DNA of 64,000 nt, from assembly GCA_002269645.1 (NCBI GenBank), contig NIVC01000524.1:192992-256991 (forward strand). Reading direction: 5' to 3'. The translations under genes and the position numbers were made by a program. Under the pieces are notes generated by a model that was given only the letters and a program-made list of their open reading frames with translations, was not told where the DNA came from and ran no database searches. Positions 1-50,500 of this stretch are shown piece after piece. The DNA is from Macrostomum lignano (Eukaryota). Positions within the stretch are counted from its first letter, which is position 1, and each line of letters starts with the position of its first letter.

Positions 1-251
1 ACAAAAAAATGCCCGAATGAGCGCAGAAATCAGGGCAGTTGCAAAAGACAAAACAATTTCTAACTGACACTGTCTTGTTGTCAGTTCAGCTTCAACTGTA
101 GCAGCAGCGAAGGGTTTTCCATCCAGCCTACTAAAGCGGATGATGCAAGTGTAAAAGCCTGTATTGAAAGCGGCAAAGCTAATTTTCAACGCAAGAGCAT
201 CTGCGTCAGGTTGAACTCAAAGTAGTAACTGATTTTGTCCTCAGTAACGGC

Positions 252-38876
<38,625 letters not shown>

Positions 38877-41800
38877 GGCAATGTCTCTCTTCTTTGTCTC
38901 TTTTTCTCTATATCTGCTTTTTATAGCTGTACTTTAAGATGTGACGATGTTAGATGCTACTGTTAAGTTACAAGTCGTTCTCTTACATGTCCGCACACGC
39001 AACTCTCGAGCTACCAGAAGATGTTGTTATTTTTTTACTAATAACGTGTTTCTTTTTTCTTGACCAAAAGCAGGCAAAAGCAGAAGCAGCTGAGCTTTAA
39101 ACAACAAAAGCTCTGGGTTTCCAGCGCGCGCCCTCCACCCCCCGGTGCGTTAGCAAGAGGCTATAGGTGGAGTAGCTCGGGGCTTGGCTATTGGACCCGG
39201 GGGCACCCTATTGAAATGCCAGCACCCTCCGTGCGCACGCACAGCTTATTAGAAAAAACTTTCCTTCCGAAGGGTAAAAATGCTTTGACTGGGGTTGAAA
39301 GAATGAGAAAAATGCAAGGGGGCTCGTCTACTATAGAATATTCCAATTGAAACGCAAGTACTCGGTACCTCAGAGGACTCAAAACAGCAGGGCTGAGCAC
39401 AGACTCAGAGCCAGATTGCTGGCGCGTGGCTATAAGAAGTCGGAATTCAATAAAGAAAAGAAGACTATAGGGGCCAAATAAATGTTTATGACCCCGCTCT
39501 ATAATAAAGCGAGTTTCTTAGCGAGCACAGTTGGGTGAGGTAGGATAAGGTGACTCTGTTTAATGCAGCTTTGGCCAGCTCTGCCCAGACTCTGCAGTCT
39601 GCTGAAGAGTTGAGTGCTTAAAATAAAAATCAAACAGCAAGCTGCTTTATTTGGCTTCTCTCTGTCTTTGTCGTGTTGACTTGTCGTTTCGTCGTTTCTT
39701 TCGCCAGATGAATTTTGTGGGCGGGGCGAACAGTCAAAAGTTGGGATTGACAGCTCGTAGCAGCTTGCGAGGCCTGTGATTGTCCTGCTATTGAGATTCT
39801 TCTGATGCTGGCTCTTGTAGGTTGACTGTCTGTCAGGTGCCAGTGACTCAGTGGCGACAGCTTGCGACCTCTCGGGTCAGTCGGGTCTCCTCCACCCGAA
39901 CAACTTTCAATTGGGATCTGTTAGTAGCGGCCTGTGTGCTCCTAGACGGCGCATTTTTAGCGTCCTAAAAATCCCCACTCCCAGTTAGTGCAAAACATTG
40001 TCTAGCGAACATTGGATTTCGCTGGGAAGGCAGTTCACTATACTCTTACAGGGGAGGAGTCCCAACTCAGTCCTGCAAGTACAGGGTTGCAAATCGTAAT
40101 GGAGAGAAGCAGGCGGGGAGGCGGGGAGTTCAATGTACATAGGATTCACTGCGACGTACATTGATTTGGAGGGGTTTTCCAGTCCAGCCGGTGACGCTTT
40201 TACATTCCTCGCAAAACCCCCCACCCCTCCCCAGATAGCGGCCAGACCCCAGCCCCCCGCCCTAAAACCTCCGCGCACAACCGAGATGGGGTGGTGGGCG
40301 AGGCCGACACAGGCCGAGAGAAAGGGAGAGAGGGCTTAAGGCATCACCCTCTTACCCAGTCGTCTACCTTCCTACCGTACAATCGGTTGTTGTATAGCCT
40401 TAAATATGCCTCTGCTGCTTCAGAGCCAAAATAGGTAAAAAAAGCAACCATATATTCTTGCCTTATGCCGGTCCCGCCAACCAAATTTTTATTTTAGTCC
40501 GCCTTCCATCGATGAGTCATCGAACATCGTCAGTCGCTACTGTCCATATTTGTTGCCGCTGCCATTGGAGGTCATTGAAAGGAAATTGTTGCCAGAACTA
40601 TTTTCAGCCCCCGAGATGTGCGGGGGTTCGCTTATTTCACACAAGCTGCTGCCGCTGACAGTTTTCATGGGATGGGATTCAGGAAGGAATTAGGGAGACG
40701 CAAAAATCCCAACGACAGAATTTGCGGACAGCGCAGCAAGGGAGGTGGGATTTATTAGCGAAGGAATGCAGGGACTGGCAGTCAAAATGCGTGTCTAGAC
40801 TGACAGTGCTATGTTCTGTAAACAGAAATCGCCTACTGCTATTATTTTCCCTAGCCACTGGGTGAGCGAAATTGGTGGCAGTTTTTATCATTCAATAAAA
40901 ACATTCCTGACTGGGGAATTTCGCTTCATTATAGTCATACACGTGGCGCACGGGTTTATGGTCTCTTAATTGAGGCGGCCACGCTTCTAACGGCATGATG
41001 ACTAAGACTGCTGGGTCTAGCTTAAGTACGGTAATTAAGTAACAAAATTTGCTTCAGCAAAAAGCCCTCCAATTATGAGCCTTGAGACTCTTAAGTGCAG
41101 CTGGTAGATTTTTCTCACAGCCACTGCTGTGACTGGGTTAGGCTTAAAACACCAGTTGATTGAGCTCATGCTCAAGCAGAAGACACAAATATGAAGTCAA
41201 GAAAATCTAAAATTGTTGGGTTGAGCGCGTATACGCTGGCATACCCAAAGAACGTCATTTTCTTCATTCATTTCTTCTAACTCTGGGTCCGGGCTTGACC
41301 AACTTCTCATTTTGAATAGTCAGCTGTGGAAGAAAGTGTGACTGAAATGCTGCACATTTTAAGAATGCTATTAATTTCTAGTTGACTTCAGTTGGCTTCT
41401 GTGAAAGTTTTTGTAACGAGTTGACGTTGGGTATAGGAGTTAAGGGTGCTCACGCGAAACAATGGATCGATTTCACTCATCGTCATGATTATGACAGGTT
41501 AAATATGAACATTAAAAACAATGCTGTAAATGAGAGAGCTTTACCTGTACTGCCAGTAGACAGAACAGCTGACGACTCCAATAGCAGAGTGGAAACAGAT
41601 ATCCAGAGAAGCACCGGGTGCAGTGCCAGTAAGGGCACACCAGTCGACATTCCAGTCTTCGAATAACCGAGGCTATGCAATACACAATTCCAGCGGTGCA
41701 ACAGATAACCGTCGTGAAATCTCTAGCAGCAGGTGGTCCGTCACAGATGCATATGTAGACCAGTTCTATTTGTTTCCTTTCACTGCAGCAAGTGTTCAGC

Positions 41801-44003
41801 AGTTTCCTATGCTTCCACCAAAATTCCCTCACTCTCCCTAACTTATATAGGCAAAAAAGGTTTAGACAAAAATTATTAGGAGCCACACAGGAAGTGGCGA
41901 GGAGGGCAACTAACGGTATAGGCCTAGCGGAGTCATGGAATAAAATCCGACAGCACTACGGTGGTTGCTGGTGCAGGCATTGGAGAGAGGGAGCAGACCG
42001 GAGGATAAGGAGGGGTAAGGTTAGCTATATAACGGGTTGGATGAAGGATGCTGCTGATGGGGCCGAGGTATTCAAGGGGCTCGGTTGGCTGGGCCGAGGG
42101 CTGCTGGATAGCTACTAAGCTTGGCCCGTCCTATCGACTGTCTTGCGCCAGTTCCCTCCATTTTTTCGCCCACTCACTCTGCCTATATCGCTCTGTCTGT
42201 GGCAAGCGCCATTATTGTATAAGCCATTGCATCCAGGGGTGTAAATCCTCGCCACTACGTTGTTTGCTTCGTTTTTCTGCAGCACAATTCTCCACTGTCT
42301 GCTCTGTGCAGCTCTTTCAGCCGACTAATGCCTTCTTTTTCCGTATGACATTGTCGTGTGGAACTGCTTAACTGAGTTAACGTTGCCGTGATTCCTTACG
42401 GATTTGCAACGCGGAAGTCCAAAGCGAACAACTTTATTACCATAACAACAAAAAACAGGAAGGCTGCAGTCAGACACAGCCTCCTAGTTTCTGCTTAAAT
42501 CAGGAATAGCTGAAACAAATTAAACCATAGCGAATTTGATGTGTGGCCGTCTGTTACAAACGTATACGCGGTTTAAAAGCAAAAGCAAATAACCAAATGT
42601 AATTAGTCAGTGTACCACCTCGAGTCAAGTTTGTCTCCATACAAAAGTTCCGTTTTGCAATAGTAGTTTTTGGTTAAGCTACGGAGCAGCGTCTACTTAT
42701 TTGAATATTGAATATAGTTACTTCCCGTTGAAGGATTTCAATGAAATTTCAGCATCCAATTCGATCGATTCAAGCTCCAGGCTCGTGCTGTATACGGCAC
42801 TGTTCCTGTGTTCCTCGACTGCTCGTTTTGGACAGCCAGTGCAGAAAGAGTCGACCCCAGGTGGATGCAATTTAAAGTGTTGGTCATTTTTTACTGCTAT
42901 CCGGTTGTAAAATACAGCAGAAAGTTTTTACACTGCTGTGTGACAAGAGGATTGGACTGCAGTACTGTTGGGGATATCGTATATTTGACAGTGTATGTAG
43001 TAGGCTTATGCATTTCTACTATAGTAAGAGTTGTGGGCGATCCGATGGTAGTTTGCCAGCTGGCTGTAAACCGTGCTGGACACTTCTGGACACTGCCAAG
43101 CCGCAGTAACTGGTCAGAGTCGGGGCTGATATTTTCTTCGGATTTTGTTTCTTGTAAAAATGCTAATCAGCACAGCTTAAGTCATAAAATCGCTGCTGTC
43201 ACCCGGAAGGTACGCCAACTCACCTCAGAAGTGAAACCAGCAGGATAAACTGCTTTCCCGGAACACCTACGCACCTGCATATGCTATAGTTGGAGAGATG
43301 TCATGACACAACTGTTAAAGAAAGCCAGTTGTGCATATGGGGAGAAAAATGAATGGGAGAAGTTATATTTCCGTATGTAGGGGCACAGGCGTACTTAAGG
43401 TGGCGAGAAATCTAGTAGGGTGTTTATATTGGCAGCCTATAGATCTCCACCCATCCTTTGGGCCTTGCATCGCGGCAAGCTTGACTTCTAAACCAATTAC
43501 TACGACCGTTTGTGCACTGTTTACAACTCGAATGCCAGGATAAATAAACCAAAGTCAGTTGGCATTGGCGACCATCAACTAGTTCATCAATATTATTCTC
43601 AGAATCCATGAAGCTAAAGTCCTGTGCAGCGTTTTAAAAAATGATGGCTGCATCATGGAGATATGGTTTGGTTTCTTAAGGCTGTAGACACACGAAATAT
43701 ACGAGAGCCATACATATAACTTGCACGCATGATTTCTTCTTTTAGAAGACTGAGAGGTATAAAATACTCGTACTTTCTTCTTAAACTTTAACCCTATTTT
43801 ATCTATACGACGTTCCGAAATCGTCATCTTTATGCAGTTTTTTTCATCTCAAAATAAAAGAAAAACAAATCAGATTCATCCCTCCGAATGAACGGCCTCT
43901 TGTACTGCAAGTACTTGCCAACTTATGAGAAACACACGAGCTCCAAATCCTTTTTAAGCATAGCTGGGAGCTTTTTATCCAATTAGTCTCCGTAAAAAGG
44001 AAA

Positions 44004-44153
44004 TAACGTATTGTACCTGCCCATATATACGAGTAGATGTATACGATATGTGATACAGCCTAACGTATTGTACCTGCCCATATATACGAGTAGATGTATA
44101 CGATATATATCGTATATATAGGCAGGTACAATACGTTAGGCTGTATCGCATAT
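44004..44153. repeat. Overlapping direct repeat (46 bp x2) and inverted repeat (hairpin 44046-44153)
   Basis: Arms ATATGTGATACAGCCTAACGTATTGTACCTGCC and GGCAGGTACAATACGTTAGGCTGTATCGCATAT. Confidence 0.9.
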
Positions 44154-47100
44154 TTGGCTATAGTAAGAACACCATGCCAATTCAGTATACATCCTACTTT
44201 CAGTAGGCTGTTCAGTTCAGCACTTCATAGCAAAGTTTTCAGCCAGTTTGCTCTTACGAGTACAAGCCTCAATGATTCTTGCATGGATTAAATAATCATT
44301 TTTATGGCAAAATGTTGTAGCTACCTCATTAATATTCAATAGATATATTGCAAGTACCATCGTCCACTTCCCACTATTTGGTTGCACTTTTAGCTAAACT
44401 TTTCAGCTTTCAATCTAAAGAATATGAGAATTGAATAAATTTAGTCCGTCTGACTATGAGCTCTCAATATTTGCTAAACAGCTGCTTGAGTTACAGTAAT
44501 CTACTTTTTTCTATTTGTCGAGCTATTTCTCCATTGGCCTGTGGAAGTTCTCTGCTTCATGCATCTTTTTAAGCCTTGTAGTTCTGTGTGCTTACGCATA
44601 AATGATTTAACCAGGTAAAAGTCACATCATTTTCTTTGAGCAGCGTGTCCGGCGCACATATACTGTACGTAGGAGTATATGAACGATTTTCCACCTCCAA
44701 AATACACTTTGCGCTCTTGCAGAATTCGATTTTCGTTGCACAGTCAGACTCTGTCAATTAGCATTTATTAGAGCTGGCTAACTGTAAAGCGAATTTCAAT
44801 TTCCAGACGCTGTGTCCCCTGAAATTGCTTTCGTCGAGAAAAGTTGGTAGAACTGCTACATGAATAATTTTATGCATCACTGAGCGGCCACAAACTAGTA
44901 CTCGTAAGTACTAGACGTCAGGACCATCATAAGCGTTCACTTCGTGACGCTTTACTCTAGTGGGCCAGAAAGTTTTTCGAATTCCTATAGCCTGTCCTAT
45001 ACAGCAGATCAGTAAATTGGACTGGGTCTTCTGCGAAATCCCTCTAGCCAATTGCCTACCGAACTGGCCGAATGGGGGAGGGGATGTTCCGTGCTGTTGA
45101 ATCCCCGGAGAAGTGGCAAAAAAGAAGCAACTATAGCCATACAGGAGACACCCCTGGGAGAAAAGAGGTACAGAAGGGAAATAGGAGATTCATGAAAGAG
45201 AATTATGAGATTTGAAGCTGTCAGACATTTCTTAACTCAACTACTGCAGCAGCTACCCAGCTAGCTTTTGTTTATCTATTAGAGTTGACATTTATTATGC
45301 TCGTATGCTACCACGTTTCTTCAATTCTTGATGAATCTCAGCCATCTTGAACTGTACGAGTCTGTCTAGGATTGATTGGTACCGACCGGGAGAAAGCCAA
45401 AGTGCATTCGGAAAGCCTGAAGCCGAAACTCAAACAGGACGGGTGAGCTTTGATTCCCCCCCAGCCGACCCCAGCTTCACCAAGCAATTCCCAGCGGGAA
45501 TCAAGCTGTTCTCTGATTCGGTTTTCAGCTTAGCAAAGAAATCCCTGAGCCCGTCTCCCAAGCCTAGGCTGCAGTCTAGCTGCCTGCTCGGGCTTGGCTT
45601 TTCCTCCGGACCAGAAGATAACTGGGCGAGATCGAACTCATAATGAATCTGCAATGCTATTTGGCCAGGCCGGGCTCTCCTATCGCCTTGGCTAATTCTG
45701 CCCTCGCTGCATAATGCGGCAAACTGGGCAGATGGGTCTGACTGGCCCCGAGATGCTTCACACTGGCTGTCGGCTGAGGAGCTGAGGAGAAACCGGTTTT
45801 AACCGGCTGTATGGCTCCCGCTCTGTTTCTTTGATACTTTATACGGTGTGGACTTTGACGCCTCGATAATCAAGGCGGTTTCTCGAGAGTGCACGTTCCA
45901 TAAGCTTTGCACTTGATTACTGTCCATACAGATCGGCATCTCTATGCAATATTTAACGATATAAAGGGATATTCCCCGGCAGCAGTTGAATAAGACGAAG
46001 CCGCAAGGAGCGGCACGGACCTTCCAGGATCACTATGTGAACTGCACCGAGACCCGACGCTTCGTGGCCAAATTGCCGCAGCATCCGCCGCTACACGGCT
46101 TTAAGTTCATGCAATTGCTGCCTGAGAATAACCGTTTATATCCTTATCATCACCTTTGAATTTGTGTAAGAAGAACTTCTGACTCGACACTGAGGCTGAG
46201 AAACACTTTCTATTGAAGAAATATTCAAAAGAGCAAAATATTCATGTTTTTCAAGACCCACAACTATACTTTTACACGCGTCGAAGTTTCGAAAACTGTC
46301 ATGTGGAATAGTATTATCTCCCCGGTCATGTTTCCATGGAAAATGCCCACGAGCCTTCTTTTAGATGGTGCAGTTTGTCGCTTTGTCAGCCTCTTTGGCA
46401 ACTCCGATGCTTCCGCATAAATAGGTACCTTAAAGCAAAGAGAAACTAATGCGAGCGTATTAAAGGATTGATGTCCGTTTAAAATAGTAGCGAAAATTAT
46501 TCTGCCCTAAGCAATCTGAGTCGAACTCACTTGACTCAAAAGAATTTTCGGAAGATGAGAAGGACAGAACAAACTGTTTGAATTGAGTAATACGAGTAGG
46601 AGAAGTGCTCCTCTGATGTAACAATATCCTGTGAGAGATTGTTCGATCGCAGTTGAGGGCACATGGTGAATCAATGTCACAGTAAGATGGCGGAAGAGCA
46701 AAGAGCCCGTTCGGAAAAGTGGCGTGAGGTTTCTAAGTTTCTAAGTGAGTATTCTTAAAGTTCCCTGACAGTAATGACCCGAAGAAGCAAACAATTTTTT
46801 GTGGCCATATAGTTCCAAGCAAGAGCGGTCTCGTTTTCCAACTTGTGGATTTTCTCTCGAGTTCGGTACCACGTTGATCATCCCTACTCGCTCGAGGCCT
46901 AATAAATTATCCAGCGCTGGCAGTTCAAAGCCGGTCTGCACTGCTTGTCTGGCTCAGACGGGATTAATAAAGCTCCTCCCAGCTCTGGAGAAATGTGAAC
47001 AGAAACGTAAAGTATCGAGAAATTACAATTGACAGTTTAAACCGGCCTTGAACCGTCAGCCGTGACTTACACAGCTCTACCACCACTGCATTTTCTGGCC

Positions 47101-47507
47101 CTCACCCTCAGTACCTCGCTTTGTCACAGTTGTTCACACCGATTGGCAATAGTTTCTTTCCTTCCCTCCTTTAGTCTCGTGTTCTCGTGAAGTGGCGTGT
47201 ACTTCCCCTCCCTTTTGCTCCCATTGCGCTTAAGAGAATGCATCGGGGGCTTGTCTCAAGTGGGCTGCATCGCCCCCACGCCCTATTTCTCGCTTCTCTC
47301 CTGCATTTGCCTTCCTCATCTCCTTCCTCATCGGCCGCTCCTCCACCCAAGTCCCTGTTCTCAGGATTGGCCAGTTTTTTAAGGCCCGTGCCAGTTTTCT
47401 CGGAGCTGTAGGAGGAGGTATAAGAACTCTGTTTTTCCTGCCGTCGGGAGCCACCTACAGTCATCAGCCGCTAAAATTCTTGTCCTGCTTGCAATTGCTG
47501 ATTGCTC

Positions 47508-50500
47508 ATGATGGCATCCCATTCCCGGCCAGACGGGGAAGCAACTGATTGGCAGCAACCATACCAGCAGCAGCAACCGTACCAGCAGCAGCAACCGTAC
47601 CAGCAACAGCAACCGTACCAGCAACAGCAACCGTACCAGCAACAGCAACCGTACCAGCAACAGCAACCGTACCAGCAACAGCAACCTTACCAGCAGCAAC
47701 AATATCAGCAGCAACCATACCAAGAGCAACAGTATGAGCAGCCAATACAACAACAGCAGCAGCAGGAGCGACAACAACAATCTAAGTGAGTTCCTCCGTT
47801 TCCAGGCCCAATTTTTATTAAACATTATTAGCTCGTAATTGCTTTTTAGATTCAATCACAAGCAGTTGAGTACTGAAAATGTAGCTCATTATCAAGATTA
47901 GATATATTTTACATGCATGGACCTTTACAAATTATCGTTAAGTCTGATGCTGCTTGTCCTGAGTGGTTGACTACATCCCTTGAAAAGGTAAATGTACCTG
48001 CAGCAGGTAGGTAGATAATTCAGGTAGCAAATTACGTCAAGACTAAGACTCTAGGCCAAAATCCTAGGCTTGCAAGCTCGCACCGTATTCAGCAATTAGT
48101 TTGATGTTAGCAAACCGAAGCGTTAGCAATGTAACAGGTCCGCTCTGTGAACTCTGTCTACTTCAACAGGGGCCAACCTGTTAACATGGGCTTTAAATGG
48201 CGCTTTAAGGCACACTAAGGAACGTCTGGGGCTTGCACTCCACCAGAGTCATTCGAACGCGGTTCCTGTGTCAGGAGTAGCTAGAGAGAGGGAGAACCCT
48301 GGGGAGCAGCTGATTTATCAAATCGCCGCTGTCGGAAACTGAAACAGCTCAGGGTTGCGGGGGTGAGGTCTGAGATGGAGTGTGGCGCGATCTACGCTTG
48401 CTGAATATCTGAGTGCCGGGGGAAAATGGGATTGTGATCCAGCATCTACAGCTCTGGAAGCGGATAACTTTTGTTGTGTGCGAGTGTATCTTTCATGCTG
48501 CGCCTGCTGCAAGATGCAAGAAGCAGAAGGTTGGACAGGGAGAGGGCTTCGCGTGGCTGTCGATGCTTGCTGGAGTTTGGAAAACTAGGGAGAAAATGGA
48601 GAGGAAAAAACTAGGATGCCGTTCCCGTCAGACACAGGAGACCGCTTCCCCTTCCCCCTTCTCTTCTCTGATCGGCCCCGCTGCGAGTCCACTTGAAAAA
48701 CCTCCTTCTTCTGGCCTTTCCACCACCCAGACACCAACTGCATAAAAGCCAATAGCGGATTTGGGCTTTCTATTCCAGTCCGCGGATAAGGCGGGACATC
48801 TGAGACCCCAGGACGGAAGGAAGCCGGGATCGAGAATGCTGTCCCCGCTCAAATATTTCATGTCAATGGGATGAAAGGCTAAAATCAATGTCTTGTCAAG
48901 TGGAATAAAGTTTTCTTTCATTTCAACTATTCCAGACTGAGATGGGGAAAGTGAGGAATTTTTTGCACTCAAGCTTCCTATAGTTTGCCCCAATCACTCT
49001 TAACGTACGTGTAGAAGACAAAGGGCTCTTATTGTCAAGCTCAGATTTCCCCGGCAAATTAACTTTGGACAATGATCAGCCAACCCATTGATGGCCATCA
49101 AATCGAGGCCTGATTTTGAGCCGACGCTCCAATCAGCTCTCTTTGCTCGCATCGGAAACTTAGCTTGATTATAATAAACAGTTGCAGGGGGTGGGGCTGC
49201 TGGCATCCTGCTGCATTCCTAAGCATTCCTGACTTTCCTGACTCCTGAGGAGATACAAGCACACACAGCGGCGGTCCTGACTTTCTAAGCGTCAGGCAGG
49301 TACACTCTCTGTGCCTTGGAGGTTGGCCGTCACGACAATCCCGAGCGCAAGCCCCAAATGAATGTGGCCGTGCACGGAATTGAACCAGGGGTCGCGGCTA
49401 TGAATCAGAGAAACAGAGTCTGATGCGTTTACCTTCTAAGCAACACGGAAGCTTAGCTTTCTAACTCACCATTTCTTTGTAGTAAGCAAGGTGAAGAAAG
49501 CTGCAATGGAGTCACCATCGCAGGCGGCGGCGGCGGCGGCGGCGGTGGCGGCGGCAGCACCCCAGTCTGGGCCTGGGTAGTGCTGGCCTGCGCGGCAGTG
49601 AACGTCATATTTCTGGGCGGAAAACGGCGCGCATTTGGCGTTTTTATAGCGCAATTGCGCACCGAGTTCAATGGGACAACATCCCTGGCTGAGCTGAACT
49701 GGATCGGTGGGTGACTCGGTGCAGTTCTACGAGCACAATTTTCACTGAGTCATGCCAATTTTAGATTATGCTTAACTCGTGGGCGCTATGAGCAAAGGTT
49801 CATTTTTTAAAGGCATTTTAATGGGCCCAGGTCAGTAGAAGCGAAGCTGCTGGTTTCTCCTAGAATGAATCGAAACAGATATTCAGAGTTTTACAGCCAT
49901 CTGTATGAGCACATAGCTTCAGCAACTGCTTTGATTTTCTGCGGAAAAACCAGAATAGACCGGATTTCAAGGACACCGTCGGCCCGCTGCCCGATATATT
50001 TTAGGATAGCTGGGATCAATGCGAACTCCACAGCCGCCCTTGCCTCTCTCTCTCTCCTCTTAGCCGATAATTGAAGGCAGGAATTTGCTCAAAACTATTT
50101 GAATAATTAATTGGTCCGGAGCAGAGCCCGGGAAAAGGGGGCCCAGAGACTGGGTGCATAAATAGCTGGGGGGGGGGGATACAAGAGTTCGGAGCATTTT
50201 TTCTTAGGAATTCAGTTTTAAGATGTTTGAGACCGCCTGTTCTTTGTAGGCATTGAGCGTCTAGAAATGTGCTGATTTGCTTGAGTTTGTGACCGAATGA
50301 CTCAGCTGCAGGGGGCTCTGGGCATCCGGATACAGTGGGGAGGCGTTGACGCCCATTTCGCTAACCCCTGGCAATCACGGGTAGCTGGTGCTGCGGTGTC
50401 GCGCCTGGAGATCCGGTGGTGCCGGTGTCCGCAGCGCGGTCCCCCTCCGGAGGAGAGTCCAGGAGGTGGATTGTCGCTCGCCCGGTAGCCCGGTAGCCCG

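Noticed and set aside
47379-47855. Minus-strand Leu-rich ORF as signal peptide or first exon of the receptor
   Set aside because: It is the antisense of the QQQQPY repeat. A better signal-peptide exon with a correct-phase GTAAGT donor lies at 38798-38876.
49000-49206. GLDLM...ADHCP as a LINE AP-endonuclease motif
   Set aside because: The spacing is wrong and no other APE or RT motifs are nearby.
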